DNA of 64,000 nt from Candidatus Omnitrophota bacterium (GCA_028715345.1 JAQUSB010000004.1:14922-78921), one strand, 5' to 3'; shown: positions 8,292 through 22,274, numbered from the stretch's first letter. A program made the numbers and translations. The notes: generated from the sequence alone by a model not told the origin.

Positions 8292-10151
8292 TTACTCGAC
8301 GGTAACAGACTTCGCCAGGTTTCGCGGTTGGTCGATGTCGTATCCGAATTTCTTCGCTACGTAGTAGGCAAGGAGCTGAAGCGGTATTACCACCAAAAGC
8401 GGGCTGAATAGCTCGTCTATCTTTGGTATCTCTATGACATAATTGACATTGTGGTGCTGGATCTCTTTATCCCCCTCCGTCACGAGGGCTATGACTATGC
8501 CGCTTCTCGCCTTTATCTCCTGGATATTGGAGAGCATCTTATCGTAAGTCTTCGCCTGCGTGGCTATGCAGACGACCCACGGGTTTTCGTCTATCAAAGC
8601 TATCGGGCCGTGCTTCATTTCCCCGGCGGGATATCCTTCGGCGCTGATATAGGATATTTCCTTTAATTTCAGCGCGCCCTCGAGCGCGTTCGGATAATTT
8701 ATGTTGCGGCCGAGATACAGGAAGTAGGATTTATTATGCTTTTCGTAATAGTAGCGTTTGAATTCGCTCGCGTACGCGGCGATATTATTATACGGATCCT
8801 TATATTCGCTTATGAGCTCGTTCATGAGCTCCGGCGCTCTTTTAAATTCCGCTATTAATTTTTTCATCTTTGGCGGCGATATGGCCCCGCGCAATTTACC
8901 CAGATAAAATGTCAAAAGGTACAATATCGCCAGTTGCGCCGTATAGGCTTTCGTGGAAGCGACCGCTATTTCAGGGCCGGCGTGCGTATAAATGACCCCG
9001 TCGGACTCCCGCGCTATCGAGCTTCCGACGGCATTACAGATGCCGAGGGTCACAGCGCCCCGCCTCTTAGCTTCCCTCAGCGCCGCCAGGGAATCGGCTG
9101 TTTCGCCGGATTGTGAAATAACGATGAATAACGTATCTTTGTCTACGATAGGATTGCGGTAACGGAATTCGCTCGAGGTGTCTACCCAGCACGGTATCCT
9201 TACGTATTCCTCCAGAATGTATTTACCCGTAAGCCCCGCATGATATGCGGTGCCGCACGCTACTATGGCGATCTTTTTAAAGCGTTTAAAGGCCGAGGCT
9301 TTTATCGCGAGTTCCTCGAAAGATATTTTGCCGGCGCGGAGCCTCTCGTCGAGCATATTACTGACGATATCGCCCTGCTCGTATATCTCTTTCAGCATAA
9401 AATGCTCATAGCCGGATTTCTCGGCCTGCTTTATGTCCCATTTTATTGTAGAACTTTTCTTCGATATGGTGCGGCCGTCGTAATCTTTAATGGTAACGCC
9501 CGACCTGGTCAGGACGATGATCTCGTGGTTATCGAGATAGATGACTTCCTTGGTAAAATCGAGGACTGCGGGCACGTCGCTTGCCATGAAATTCTCGCCT
9601 TCGCCGAGCCCGACGATAAGCGGTGAGTCGCATCTGGCGCCGACTACCTTATCCGGCTCGAGCGAATGCACCGCCGCTATCGCGTAAGAGCCTTTTAAAA
9701 GTTTCACGGTCCTGGAAACGGCCGTTTCGAGATTTCCTTTATAATATTTTTCGATCAAATGGGAGATTATTTCGGTGTCGGTCTCCGACACAAATTTATG
9801 TCCCTCTTTCAGGAGGATTTTTTTGAGGTCGAGATAATTTTCGATTATGCCGTTATGGACTACGGCTATTTTACCGGTGCAGTCTAAATGAGGATGTGCA
9901 TTCGTGTCGCTCGGCACTCCGTGGGTCGCCCATCGCGTGTGCCCTATGCCTATGGTACCTTTCGAGGGATCGTCCTTCAAAACGTCTGCTAATATGCGGA
10001 GTTTGCCTTGGCGCTTGACCAGGTTCAGTTTGCGGGATTCGATGATAGCTACGCCTGCGGAATCATATCCCCTGTATTCCAGCCGGCTTAAGCCTTTCAG
10101 GAGTACGCCCTGCGCGTTTCTCGTCCCTATATATCCTACTATTCCGCACAT
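8292..10151 (-). CDS. glmS: glutamine--fructose-6-phosphate aminotransferase
   Basis: 619 aa. N-terminal MCGIVGYIG (Ntn amidotransferase) followed by two SIS domains. Confidence 0.9.
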   Translation of the reverse strand: MCGIVGYIGTRNAQGVLLKGLSRLEYRGYDSAGVAIIESRKLNLVKRQGKLRILADVLKDDPSKGTIGIGHTRWATHGVPSDTNAHPHLDCTGKIAVVHNGIIENYLDLKKILLKEGHKFVSETDTEIISHLIEKYYKGNLETAVSRTVKLLKGSYAIAAVHSLEPDKVVGARCDSPLIVGLGEGENFMASDVPAVLDFTKEVIYLDNHEIIVLTRSGVTIKDYDGRTISKKSSTIKWDIKQAEKSGYEHFMLKEIYEQGDIVSNMLDERLRAGKISFEELAIKASAFKRFKKIAIVACGTAYHAGLTGKYILEEYVRIPCWVDTSSEFRYRNPIVDKDTLFIVISQSGETADSLAALREAKRRGAVTLGICNAVGSSIARESDGVIYTHAGPEIAVASTKAYTAQLAILYLLTFYLGKLRGAISPPKMKKLIAEFKRAPELMNELISEYKDPYNNIAAYASEFKRYYYEKHNKSYFLYLGRNINYPNALEGALKLKEISYISAEGYPAGEMKHGPIALIDENPWVVCIATQAKTYDKMLSNIQEIKARSGIVIALVTEGDKEIQHHNVNYVIEIPKIDELFSPLLVVIPLQLLAYYVAKKFGYDIDQPRNLAKSVTVE

Positions 10152-10175
10152 ATTCTAGCTTCCTATATGCAAAAA

Positions 10176-10253
10176 TGGCGTCCCCATGGGGATTCGAACC
10201 CCAGTCGTCAGAATGAAAATCTGATGTCCTAGGCCAGGCTAGACGATGGGGAC
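10176..10253 (-). tRNA. tRNA-Glu (anticodon TTC)
   Basis: Reverse complement GTCCCCATCGTCTAG...TTTTCAT...GGGGTTCGAATCCCCATGGGGACGCCA closely matches canonical bacterial tRNA-Glu. CCA is encoded. Confidence 0.85.
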
Positions 10254-10262
10254 GCGCTTATT

Positions 10263-12878
10263 CTATTTCTTCCGTTTTATCGGTTTCTTCTTGCTCTTAT
10301 CTTCTGTCTTTTTAGGCTCGGGCTTCGCCGCTCTTTTAGGTTCAGCCTTAGCTTCTTTCTTCGGCTCTGCGCTAGCCTCTGCTTTAGGCTCGGTTTTGAC
10401 AACTTCGCTTTTAGCGAGCTCCGCCGCCTTGATAGCTTCTACCTTTTCGCTTTCATCTTCGGGGACGATTTTTGCTACAGACGCTACTTTGTCACTTGCG
10501 TCCAGCCTCATAAGGCGGACACCTTGCGTAGAGCGGCCTGTGCTGCGGATATCCTTTATCGGGCAGCGGACTATCATGCCTTTTTCGGTCATCAGTATGA
10601 TCTCGTCCTTATCGGAAACGGTCTTAAGCCCTACCGCTTCACCGTTCTTGCCCGTAACTTTGATGTTTATGATACCTTTTCCGCCCCTGGATTGCAACCT
10701 ATATTCTTTGAAGGAGGTTCTCTTCCCGAACCCTTGCCCCGTCACTGTCAGCACGGTCTGATCGGGTTTTACTATCTCCATGGCTATACATTCGTCTTTT
10801 TTGCCCAGAGTTATGCCTTTTACTCCCTTTGCCGCCCTGCCCATATCGCGCACCTGCGATTCTTTGAACCTGATGGCCTTGCCCTCTTTTGTCGCCAGCA
10901 GCAGCTCATCGTCACCGCAGCTCATCTCGACCTCGATCAGGGCATCGTCTTTTTCGAGTCCTATACCTATGATGCCTCCTTTTCGGGGATTCGAGTAAGC
11001 GGTGAGCGCGGTCTTCTTTATAAGGCCGTTCTTGGTGGCCATTATAAGGAAGCAACTCTCTTTAAATTCCCTCACCGGCACAAACGCGCTGATCTTCTCT
11101 CCCGCAGCGAGCGAAAGCATATTCACTATCGCTTTGCCCTTCGAGAGCCTGCCGGCCTCCGGTATCTCGTGCACCTTAAGCCAGCGCACCGTCCCTTTAT
11201 CCGAGAAGAAGAGCATGTAGTCGTGGGTCGAGGCTATGAAGAGGTGCTCGACGAAATCTTCCTCCTTCATCTCCGCACCCGTCACGCCTTTACCGCCGCG
11301 ATGTTGTTTCTTGTAGCTGGATACGGGGAGCCTCTTTATGTAGCCGGCATGGCTTATAGTGATGACGACATCCTCTTCGGCTATAAGGTCTTCTATCTCG
11401 AGCTCTTCGGCCTCGGGCGCTATCTCCGTCCTTCTGTCGTCGCCGAATTTTTCGGACAGCTCTTTCATCTCTTCTTTTACTATCTCGAGGACCTTTTTCT
11501 CGCTGGCAAGAATGGATTTTAAGAACTCTATCTTCTTTATAAGTTCCAGGTACTCTTTCTCTATCTTGTCGCGCTCGAGCCCCGTCAGGCGCTGCAGCTG
11601 CATTTCGAGGATCGCCGTCGCCTGCTTTTCCGACAGCTCGAATTTTTTCATGAGCTCTATTTTGGCTACCTGCGGATTTTCCGATTCTTTTATGACCTTT
11701 ATGATCTTGTCGAGGTTCTTCAGCGCTATTTTCAACCCTTCGAGTATATGCGCCCTGTCCTGGGCCTTCGCGAGTTCGAATTTAGTCCTTCTTATGATTA
11801 TGACTTTGCGGTGTTTTATGAATTCGTCGAGGATCTCTTTTAAATTCAGGACTTTGGGCCTGCCGCCGACGAGCGCAAGCATGATCACACCGAAAGTTTC
11901 CTGCATCTGCGTATGTTTGTACAGCTGGTTCAACACAACGTGGGCATTAACGCCGCGCTTCAGCTCTACGACTATGCGCATCCCGTCCTTATCCGACTCG
12001 TCGCGCAGGTCGGAGATGCCTTCTATCTTTTTATCCTGTATAAGGTCGGCTATCGATTTGATAAGGTTCGCTTTGTTAACGAGGTACGGGATCTCTTTGA
12101 CGATAATGGCTTCTTTGCCGTTCTTCTGTTCTTCGATGAATGCCTTCGCGTTTATCTTTAAACGGCCGCGGCCGGTCGTGTAAGCGCTCTTTATGCCGTC
12201 GTAACCGCGGATTATGCCTCCCGTCGGGAAATCCGGCCCTTTTACTTTTTTAAGAAGGTCTTTCGGTTCGCAATCGGGATTATCTATTATAAATATGACC
12301 GCTTCGGCTATTTCCCTAAGATTGTGCGGCGGGATATTGGTCGCCATGCCTACGGCTATACCGCTCGACCCGTTGACTAAAAGGTTCGGCAGGCACGCCG
12401 GCAGAAGCGCAGGCTCCTGCAGTGACCCGTCGAAGTTCGGTACAAAATCTACCGTGTCCTTGTCTATGTCGAGGAGCATCTGGTCCGTTATATGTTCGAG
12501 GCGCGCTTCCGTGTACCTCATGGCGGCCGCCGAGTCCCCGTCTATCGAACCGAAGTTTCCCTGGCCGTCGACGAGCGGGTAACGCAGGGAAAAATCCTGC
12601 GCCATACGCACAAGCGTGTCATATACCGCGGTGTCGCCGTGCGGGTGGTATTTACCTAAGACCTCTCCGGTGATCCTCGCGCATTTTTTATACGGTTTGT
12701 TGTGCTCGAGGCTCAGCTCCTTCATAGCGTAAAGGATCCTTCTGTGGACAGGCTTCAGCCCGTCGCGTACGTCGGGCAACGCCCGTCCGACGATAACGCT
12801 CATCGCGTAATTGATATAGGAATCCTGCATCTCTTCTTCTATGTACCTGGGAAGTATCTTTTCGTTACGTGTATACAT
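10263..12878 (-). CDS. gyrA: DNA gyrase subunit A
   Basis: 871 aa. Motif [23 protein letters not shown], active-site Tyr region, GyrA-box CTD. A roughly 45-aa Lys/Ala/Glu/Pro-rich tail is appended. Confidence 0.95.
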   Translation of the reverse strand: MYTRNEKILPRYIEEEMQDSYINYAMSVIVGRALPDVRDGLKPVHRRILYAMKELSLEHNKPYKKCARITGEVLGKYHPHGDTAVYDTLVRMAQDFSLRYPLVDGQGNFGSIDGDSAAAMRYTEARLEHITDQMLLDIDKDTVDFVPNFDGSLQEPALLPACLPNLLVNGSSGIAVGMATNIPPHNLREIAEAVIFIIDNPDCEPKDLLKKVKGPDFPTGGIIRGYDGIKSAYTTGRGRLKINAKAFIEEQKNGKEAIIVKEIPYLVNKANLIKSIADLIQDKKIEGISDLRDESDKDGMRIVVELKRGVNAHVVLNQLYKHTQMQETFGVIMLALVGGRPKVLNLKEILDEFIKHRKVIIIRRTKFELAKAQDRAHILEGLKIALKNLDKIIKVIKESENPQVAKIELMKKFELSEKQATAILEMQLQRLTGLERDKIEKEYLELIKKIEFLKSILASEKKVLEIVKEEMKELSEKFGDDRRTEIAPEAEELEIEDLIAEEDVVITISHAGYIKRLPVSSYKKQHRGGKGVTGAEMKEEDFVEHLFIASTHDYMLFFSDKGTVRWLKVHEIPEAGRLSKGKAIVNMLSLAAGEKISAFVPVREFKESCFLIMATKNGLIKKTALTAYSNPRKGGIIGIGLEKDDALIEVEMSCGDDELLLATKEGKAIRFKESQVRDMGRAAKGVKGITLGKKDECIAMEIVKPDQTVLTVTGQGFGKRTSFKEYRLQSRGGKGIINIKVTGKNGEAVGLKTVSDKDEIILMTEKGMIVRCPIKDIRSTGRSTQGVRLMRLDASDKVASVAKIVPEDESEKVEAIKAAELAKSEVVKTEPKAEASAEPKKEAKAEPKRAAKPEPKKTEDKSKKKPIKRKK

Positions 12879-12900
12879 TTTCTCTCCTAAGAAATTTGTT

Positions 12901-15670
<2,770 letters not shown>

Positions 15671-15671
<1 letters not shown>

Positions 15672-16774
15672 TAAGCGATCTGCATCGGCAGAACTACATA
15701 TATATATTCGGCGCCTATCCTCACCACTCCCGGTTTGTCGGGATCCGTCACTTCGAATGCGATCGTTTCCTCGTCTATGTTCTTTAAGAGGTCGGTCAGG
15801 TAATCCGGGTTGAAACCCACCGCTATGTCTTTACCTTTATATTCGGCGTCTATTTCTACCCGTGCCTCCCCAAGATACGGCGTGCTTTTGGAGATCACTA
15901 TCTTGTCTTTACCGAGATCCATCTTTATCGCCGCCGAATCCTGGTTCGTGAATAGCGCCGCTCTTTTGACCGCCGACAGGAAGACGTTTTTAGAAACGAG
16001 TATCTTGTCTTTGGCTTCTTTCGGTATGACCTGTTCGTAGTTCGGGAACTCGCCTTCTATCAGGCGTGAGACGAGGCGCGTTTTGCCCATATCGAAAAAT
16101 ATCTGGTTGTCACTGAAGAATATCTTGACGTCGCCTTCGTCACCCAGCGATTTATCCAGCTCATTGACCGCTTTAGTCGGCACTATGAATTTCCGCTCGA
16201 GTGTTTTTGGAAGCTGTACTTTATCCTCCACCACGGCGAGCCTGCGCCCATCGGTAGCTACGAGCCGTATATACGATGGTTTTATAACGAATAGAACGCC
16301 GTTCAGGACATACCTGGATTCGTCATGGCTTATCGCAAATGCCGTCAGCCGCATCATTGTTTTTAGTTTTTTTTGCTGCAGCACCATGGAATCCTTATCT
16401 TTAAATTCCGGTAATTGCGGGAACTCTTCTTTCGGCAGGCCCATTATTTTAAATATACTTTTACCGCATTCGATGTTGACAAGGTTGTTCTTTTTTACGG
16501 ATATCGATATCGGTTCGCTGTCCGGTAATTCTTTTATTATATCGGAGAATTTTTTTGCCGGGATCGTTATAGCTCCGGTGACCTGCGGTTTAACCATTAT
16601 TTTCGATGTTATTCCTATATCCAGGTCCGTTGTTGTCAGTACTATATTATCTTCCGTGGCTTCCACTAAAATATTAGATAGTATAGGAAGGCTTGATTTT
16701 GAGCTTATAGCGGATTGCACTTCTTGTACGCCTTTTAAAAGCACATCTTTTGTTGTATTGAATTTCATCCCCAA
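15671..16774 (-). CDS. dnaN: DNA polymerase III beta sliding clamp
   Basis: 367 aa. Three-domain clamp sequence. Directly downstream of dnaA. Confidence 0.9.
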
Positions 16775-16950
16775 TAATCCCCTCTCTATTATTACAAAAC
16801 CTTCTTTAATAAAAAAGTAAAAGCATTAGTAGTGCCTGTTGATAAGTCAGTAACTTTTCAACACATTACACAATAACAACTTAAACAACACTAAAAAATA
16901 ATGAACCTTAAAAACTTATCAACACAGCCAACAACATATACCCAAAAAAC
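16775..16950. promoter_or_regulatory. AT-rich dnaA-dnaN spacer with DnaA-box-like sites (second oriC module / dnaN promoter)
   Basis: TGTTGATAA at 16837-16845 and TTATCAACA at 16916-16924, both in a very AT-rich tract. Confidence 0.45.
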
Positions 16951-18324
16951 TCAAGCTTTGATACTTTGGATCAATTTATCCACTATCGTTTTTAAACCCG
17001 TCTTGCTCTTTAATTCATTCTCGATCTTTTCACAAGCATGGATGACGGTCGTATGGTCCCTGCCGCCGAATTGGTCCCCGATCTCAGGAAGAGAAAAATC
17101 GGTCAACTGCCTCGATAGATACATCGCGACCTGGCGGGGATAAGCGATCGCCTTACTTCTCTTCTTCGCCCGCATATCCGAAAGTTTTATGTCGAAATAT
17201 TCGCTCACTTTTTTTTGGATGAGGTCGATCGTGACCTTCTTCTCACCCTCCGTTATCATGTCCTTTAAAACTTCCCGCGCCAGCTCTACGGAAACATCCT
17301 TACCTATAAGTTTGGCGTAGGCGACCACCCTTATAAGCGCACCCTCGAGTTCTCTTATATTCGTTTTCACTTTCTCGGCGAGAAAATAAAAAACGTCCTC
17401 GGGCAGCGCTATCGTTTCCTTCTCCGACTTCTTCTTCAGTATCGCCGTGCGCGTCTCGAAGTCGGGCGGCTGGATATCGGTCACGAGCCCCCACTCGAAC
17501 CTCGAGATGAGGCGCTCTTCGAGGGATTGTATTTCCTTCGGAGGGCGGTCGCTGGTCACCACTATCTGTTTGTGAGCGTCATAAAGAGCGTTGAAAGTAT
17601 GGAAAAATTCTTCCTGGGTCGATTCTTTCCCGGCTATGAATTGTATATCATCGATCAACAGGATGTCAACATTGCGGTATTTTTCCCTGAATTTCTGCGT
17701 CGAGCGGTTCTGTATCGAGCTTATGAGCTGGTTCGTGAATTCTTCGCTCGAGATGTAAAGGACTTTCGCTTTCGGTGATTTATGCAGGGCGCTCTGTCCT
17801 ATAGCGTGCATCAGGTGAGTCTTACCCAACCCGACGCCGCCGTAAATGAACAAAGGATTGTATGCTTTCGCCGGGGACTCCGAAACGGCCATCGATGCCG
17901 CGTGAGCGAACCTGTTGCTCGGGCCGATGACAAAAGTATCGAAAGTATATTTTGCGCTTAACCCGATCTCCTTGGCCGTGTCCTGCGCCTGCCTGGCAAA
18001 CGGCCAGAAAGGTTTGGTTTCTTTCTTCTCGCCGTCCGGCCTGGTTTTTTTAACCTCGCCGTCTTCGGATTTTTCACCCAATAAAAAATCTATCCTCAAT
18101 TCCTTGCCGGCAGCTTTTTTTACGGATGTTGTTATGAGCGGCATGTAGCGGTCGAGCAGCCACGCCTGGAAGAATTTATTCGGCACTTCCAAAAGGATGG
18201 CCTCATCGGAAAGAGAAACAAATTTTATAGGGCTGAACCATATGTTATAGGTCTGCTCGTTCGAAAGGTCCTTCTTTATGATCTCCTGGGCCCGGGGCCA
18301 GATAGCTATATTTTCAGGTGCCAT
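16951..18324 (-). CDS. dnaA: chromosomal replication initiator protein DnaA
   Basis: 457 aa. Walker [14 protein letters not shown]+ domain, C-terminal HTH domain IV. Confidence 0.95.
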   Translation of the reverse strand: MAPENIAIWPRAQEIIKKDLSNEQTYNIWFSPIKFVSLSDEAILLEVPNKFFQAWLLDRYMPLITTSVKKAAGKELRIDFLLGEKSEDGEVKKTRPDGEKKETKPFWPFARQAQDTAKEIGLSAKYTFDTFVIGPSNRFAHAASMAVSESPAKAYNPLFIYGGVGLGKTHLMHAIGQSALHKSPKAKVLYISSEEFTNQLISSIQNRSTQKFREKYRNVDILLIDDIQFIAGKESTQEEFFHTFNALYDAHKQIVVTSDRPPKEIQSLEERLISRFEWGLVTDIQPPDFETRTAILKKKSEKETIALPEDVFYFLAEKVKTNIRELEGALIRVVAYAKLIGKDVSVELAREVLKDMITEGEKKVTIDLIQKKVSEYFDIKLSDMRAKKRSKAIAYPRQVAMYLSRQLTDFSLPEIGDQFGGRDHTTVIHACEKIENELKSKTGLKTIVDKLIQSIKA

Positions 18325-18487
18325 TAAAAACCTTTAAGTTGCGCAAAAATGTTATCCACAGCCGGATAAGCACGGTTTTAACACAAAATCAGAAGTTATG
18401 CACAAGTTGTGCACAACCCATTTAAGCGATGGAACATTATTATAATGAATGGTAAAAAAATTTGCAACACAAAAAATATGTTTTTTG
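18325..18487. promoter_or_regulatory. oriC core / dnaA promoter region with DnaA boxes
   Basis: Perfect TTATCCACA at 18352-18360, followed by CCGGATAAG. TTATGCACA at 18396-18404 and inverted TGTGCACAA at 18408-18416. An AT-rich tract spans 18425-18485. Gene orientation switches here. Confidence 0.6.
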
Positions 18488-18515
18488 TTGACGGAATTCA
18501 TTGGTGTGCTATAAT
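18488..18515 (+). promoter_or_regulatory. sigma70 promoter for rpmH-rnpA-yidD-yidC
   Basis: TTGACG, 16 nt, TATAAT. RBS AAGGGAAAG precedes the rpmH ATG. Confidence 0.5.
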
Positions 18516-18555
18516 TACGATGCCAAAAATATCTAAAATACAGAAAGGGAAAGCG

Positions 18556-18693
18556 ATGAAATACGGACTGACGTGCAAATCAAACCTTAAACGTAAAAGA
18601 AAACACGGTTTCAGGAAACGGATGAAAGACCGCTGGGGCCGGGAAGTTTTAAGAAGGCGCAGACAGAAGGGCCGTCACAAGCTTACCGTATGA
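18556..18693 (+). CDS. rpmH: 50S ribosomal protein L34
   Basis: 45 aa: [45 protein letters not shown]. The ORF-track N-terminal extension is rejected. Confidence 0.85.
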   Translation: MKYGLTCKSNLKRKRKHGFRKRMKDRWGREVLRRRRQKGRHKLTV

Positions 18694-19049
18694 TCTCCGA
18701 CGAGAGATTCGGCAAAAAAGAGCATCTTTTAAAGTCTAGGGATTTCAGTAAAGTATATAAAAAAGGTCTGCCGGCCAGGGCGGGCGGCGTTATCGTCTAT
18801 TGTCTTGCGAATGATCTCGGCCGCAATCGGCTTGGATTTTCCATAGGTTCCAGGAATATCAAACGCGCTACCTCCCGCAATCGTATACGAAGGCTCTTCC
18901 GGGAAGCGTACCGGAAAAATAAAGGTAAGCTCAAAGCCGGCTTTGATATTGTTATGGTTATCAGGAAAGATCTGCACAAGGAACTGACTTTTGATTCCGC
19001 AGAAGGTACTTTTTTAAAACTCGCTCAAGAGACAAAAATAATCCTATGA
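18690..19049 (+). CDS. rnpA: ribonuclease P protein component
   Basis: 119 aa. RNR motif [13 protein letters not shown] overlap with the rpmH stop. Confidence 0.9.
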   Translation: MISDERFGKKEHLLKSRDFSKVYKKGLPARAGGVIVYCLANDLGRNRLGFSIGSRNIKRATSRNRIRRLFREAYRKNKGKLKAGFDIVMVIRKDLHKELTFDSAEGTFLKLAQETKIIL

Positions 19050-19255
19050 AAAAAGCGATCCTTTTTCTAATAAATTCCTATCGTAAGTATATATCGCCTA
19101 TGATGTTACAACATTGCAGATTCTACCCTTCATGCTCACAATATACGGCGGAAGCTGTTGAGAAACATGGTGTTTTGAGAGGCCTGTTAAAAGGAATAAA
19201 ACGTATCCTTCGATGCCACCCTTTTTCAAAGGGTGGATATGACCCGGTAGTTTAG
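19046..19255 (+). CDS. yidD: membrane protein insertion efficiency factor YidD
   Basis: 69 aa. Motif [10 protein letters not shown]. Confidence 0.85.
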   Translation: MKKAILFLINSYRKYISPMMLQHCRFYPSCSQYTAEAVEKHGVLRGLLKGIKRILRCHPFSKGGYDPVV

Positions 19256-19286
19256 TATTTATAATATGTCCGACTAAAGGAGATAC

Positions 19287-20870
19287 ATGGAAAAAAAACT
19301 GATCATTGCCATAGCATTATCGATATTGGTCATCGTTTCATTTCAATACTTCATGCCGAAACCTATCCCGACGGCAGTTGCGCCGGCAACGCAAGAAACG
19401 GCGGCGAATAAGCCTATAGAGATAATACCGCCCGTCGAGCCAAAGAACCTTCCCGAAGAGAAGACCACGGAAGCCCTGACCGGCAAATATATACTGACTT
19501 TCAGTAATATCGGCGGGTCTATAAAAGAAATAAAACTTTTGGACTATAAAGGCCTCGACTCAAAAGAGCCGCTCACTCTTGTCAATGTGATCGACCCAAA
19601 AGAATATATATGCAACATCAGCGATGTAAAGGGCGCTCAAGTGTTGGATTTGGCCGGATACAGCCTAAAAGGCGATGGAGCGGAGATAACATACGTCCTG
19701 TTCACAAAAGATTTCGAGATACGGAAAAAATATATTTTACGTAAGTCTAATTATGGCATAGATTTAGAGATATCGATAAAAAATCTGACCAGTTCCCCGA
19801 AGGAGTTTGCATACAACATCATAGGCGGAGCAGGACTTACCGAAAGGAACGCCCAGGATAAGAGGCTTATTGAGGCCTCGTCAAATATCGGCGGCAAATT
19901 AGCCGGGATCAAAAGGCCCAGGCAAGGCGGCCGCACAACCAATATGGGCATGGTCGGGTGGGAAGCTTTAAAGAATAAGTACTTCTCGGTAATTTTGAAG
20001 CCATTTACCCAGACCCAGGGCAACTTCGCTTACGAAGATATGGACGGTAATCTGGTGATAGGGCTGGAGATCGAAAAAACGGTTATACAGCCGGGCGCGA
20101 CAGTCGGGCATAAATATAGTTTATACGCAGGACCAAGCAATATACCAGACTTGAAACAGTTCGGATATGGCGTCGAGGAATCGGTCAATTACGGTTTCTT
20201 CGGCGGGATCAGTAAGCTATTGATCGCCGTGCTAAAAATGTGCTATATGTTGGTCCATAATTGGGGATTATCGATCATCCTGCTATCCGTCCTGCTGAAC
20301 GTCATACTCTTCCCTCTCACGATGAAGAGCTTCAAGTCAATGCAGAAGATGCAGGAACTGCACCCCCAGATGGAGAAGCTGAAAGTCCAGTACAAGGACC
20401 AGCCGCAGAAATTGAACAAAGAGATAATGGAGCTGTACAAGAAATATAACATAAATCCCTTTAGCGGATGCCTTCCGATACTATTGCAAATGCCCATTTT
20501 TATAGCTTTGTACCAGGCCCTGATGAAGTCTATCGAATTGAGGAATGCGGGATTTTTATGGATCCGCGACCTTTCGTCGCCGGAAGCTATCCCCATCCCC
20601 ATTTCATTTCCGATAATAGGTAATACGATAAATATCCTGCCGCTTATCATGGTCGGCACAATGGTCGTCCAGCAAAAGATATCGACGGCATCGGCAGGTT
20701 CGGCTATTACTGACGAGCAGAAGCAGCAGCAAAAGATAATGCTCATTATAATGCCGATAATGTTCGGATTTATTTTCTACAATATGCCGTCGGGCCTGGT
20801 CCTTTACTGGGTTGTGAATACGATCCTGACCATAGTTGAGCAGGCGTCTCTACTACGCAAAGAAGCATAG
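19287..20870 (+). CDS. yidC: membrane protein insertase YidC
   Basis: 527 aa. N-terminal TM segment, periplasmic domain, C-terminal 5-TM core (LPILLQMPIFIALY). Confidence 0.9.
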   Translation: MEKKLIIAIALSILVIVSFQYFMPKPIPTAVAPATQETAANKPIEIIPPVEPKNLPEEKTTEALTGKYILTFSNIGGSIKEIKLLDYKGLDSKEPLTLVNVIDPKEYICNISDVKGAQVLDLAGYSLKGDGAEITYVLFTKDFEIRKKYILRKSNYGIDLEISIKNLTSSPKEFAYNIIGGAGLTERNAQDKRLIEASSNIGGKLAGIKRPRQGGRTTNMGMVGWEALKNKYFSVILKPFTQTQGNFAYEDMDGNLVIGLEIEKTVIQPGATVGHKYSLYAGPSNIPDLKQFGYGVEESVNYGFFGGISKLLIAVLKMCYMLVHNWGLSIILLSVLLNVILFPLTMKSFKSMQKMQELHPQMEKLKVQYKDQPQKLNKEIMELYKKYNINPFSGCLPILLQMPIFIALYQALMKSIELRNAGFLWIRDLSSPEAIPIPISFPIIGNTINILPLIMVGTMVVQQKISTASAGSAITDEQKQQQKIMLIIMPIMFGFIFYNMPSGLVLYWVVNTILTIVEQASLLRKEA

Positions 20871-20876
20871 GTTTGC

Positions 20877-20905
20877 TTGACAATCAGTGTTTTATAAGGT
20901 ATAGT
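20877..20905 (+). promoter_or_regulatory. near-consensus sigma70 promoter upstream of the LAGLIDADG gene
   Basis: TTGACA (20877-20882), 17-nt spacer, TATAGT (20900-20905). Confidence 0.5.
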
Positions 20906-20922
20906 TTAGGCAAGTAGTTTCC

Positions 20923-21411
20923 GTGGGAACATTTTCACGGGGAACTTTGCAAAATATGGCAAACTTGGATCCTTGGTATGTTACGGGATTTTGTGATGGC
21001 GAAGCCGCCTTTACATATAGCAGAGCCCGAGGCTCATTCAACATATATTTCGGCATAAAACAACGAGAAGATAACCAGCAAATCATAGATGATTTGTGGG
21101 AATATTTTGGATATGCAGGAGCTGTATATCGGAATAAAGAAAGCGCGTCTACAAAAAATAGCGGTTTCACTAATGCCAGCGCGTATTTTAGAGTAAGCCG
21201 TATCGATGAGCTTGCTGTAATTATATCTCATTTCGATAAATATCCTTTGCAAAGCCAAAAGAAATCGGAAGCATATAAAATTTGGCGTGAAATGGTAATA
21301 CATAAACTGGAAAATTACCGTAATGCCGATTACGATAAGCTTCGGATGCTTGCCGAAAGGTTGTCAAGAGCAAATTTAAAAAGCAGGGCTTTCAAGGTAC
21401 ATTCAAAATAA
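20923..21411 (+). CDS. LAGLIDADG homing endonuclease, single-motif (LAGLIDADG_1 / I-CreI-like)
   Basis: About 150-162 aa. WYVTGFCDGEAAFTYS is a LAGLIDADG motif. HFDKYPLQSQKKSEAYKIWREMV is the typical C-terminal helix region. GC is about 40%, versus about 52% in neighbouring genes. The likely true start is the ATG at 20956 (MANLDPW). Confidence 0.75.
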   Translation: MGTFSRGTLQNMANLDPWYVTGFCDGEAAFTYSRARGSFNIYFGIKQREDNQQIIDDLWEYFGYAGAVYRNKESASTKNSGFTNASAYFRVSRIDELAVIISHFDKYPLQSQKKSEAYKIWREMVIHKLENYRNADYDKLRMLAERLSRANLKSRAFKVHSK

Positions 21412-22274
21412 TGGCTAAAGTAATCGCGATCTGCAATCAAAAAGGTGGAGTTGGTAAAACAACCACCGCTATCAATCTCTCCGTATATCTTGCCCTCTCC
21501 GGGAAACGGGTTTTACTCATTGACATCGATCCACAAGGCAATGCTACAAGCGGCCTAGGCATAGATAAGCACAATATCAAATCGAGCATCTACGACCTCA
21601 TTATCGAAGAAATAGACCCACTTGGCGTAACGATTAAGACCGGTATAAACAATCTTTCACTCATCCCCTCTACGATAAGTTTGACGGGAGCTGAGGTTGA
21701 ACTCGTCGGAATAATGGGCCGCGAATACAGGTTAAAAAAGGCTCTCTCCCCCATTTTGATCGAATACGATTTTATAATAATCGATTGTCCCCCATCTTTG
21801 GGGCTTCTGACGGTTAATGCACTTTCCGCTGCAAATTCTGTCCTCATCCCTATCCAGTGTGAATATTACGCACTCGAAGGCTTAAGCCAGCTTGTCAACA
21901 CCGTAAACCTCGTCCGGGAAAATTTAAATTCTAGCCTGGAGATCGAAGGTGTCCTGCTCACAATGGCGGATTTCAGGACAAATTTAACCAATGAAGTTAT
22001 CAAAGAAGTCCGCAACTTCTTTAAAGGCAAAGTATATGAAACTATAATCCCGAGAAATATTCGTCTTACAGAAGCTCCGGGTTTCGGTAAGCCGATCGCT
22101 CTTTACGATAAAAATTCGATAGGCGCGCAAAGATATCAGGCATTTATGAATGAACTGTTAGGAGTTAAGAAAGAAACTACGCCAGAAGCGGCACAAGAAA
22201 CCATCAGCGTAGATAATTCTAACGTTAATGTTACCAATGAGTTAAATAAAGTTGAAGAAGGAGAGATTAAGTAA
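21411..22274 (+). CDS. parA: chromosome partitioning ATPase ParA/Soj
   Basis: 287 aa. Deviant Walker A KGGVGKTTTAINL. Confidence 0.9.
   Translation: MAKVIAICNQKGGVGKTTTAINLSVYLALSGKRVLLIDIDPQGNATSGLGIDKHNIKSSIYDLIIEEIDPLGVTIKTGINNLSLIPSTISLTGAEVELVGIMGREYRLKKALSPILIEYDFIIIDCPPSLGLLTVNALSAANSVLIPIQCEYYALEGLSQLVNTVNLVRENLNSSLEIEGVLLTMADFRTNLTNEVIKEVRNFFKGKVYETIIPRNIRLTEAPGFGKPIALYDKNSIGAQRYQAFMNELLGVKKETTPEAAQETISVDNSNVNVTNELNKVEEGEIK

Larger units (their letters stand above)
20871..21411 (+). mobile_element. free-standing homing-endonuclease cassette (promoter plus LAGLIDADG ORF) inserted between yidC and parA
   Basis: Low-GC island with its own promoter. It occupies the slot normally held by jag/mnmE/mnmG/rsmG. 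Its stop codon overlaps the parA start (TAATG). Confidence 0.45.

Noticed and set aside
10524-11522. 332-aa plus-strand ORF (and neighbouring 274-aa and 171-aa ORFs) across 10.2-12.2 kb
   Set aside because: They are antisense to gyrA. Their low-complexity Ser/Ala-rich translations ([18 protein letters not shown]...) mirror the GyrA tail repeat. No motifs; typical GC-rich antisense ORFs.
18409-18555. N-terminal 49-aa extension of the rpmH ORF (MHNPFKRW...)
   Set aside because: It covers the rpmH promoter (TTGACG-16-TATAAT at 18488-18515). L34 is a roughly 45-aa protein that starts at MKYGL, behind a good RBS.
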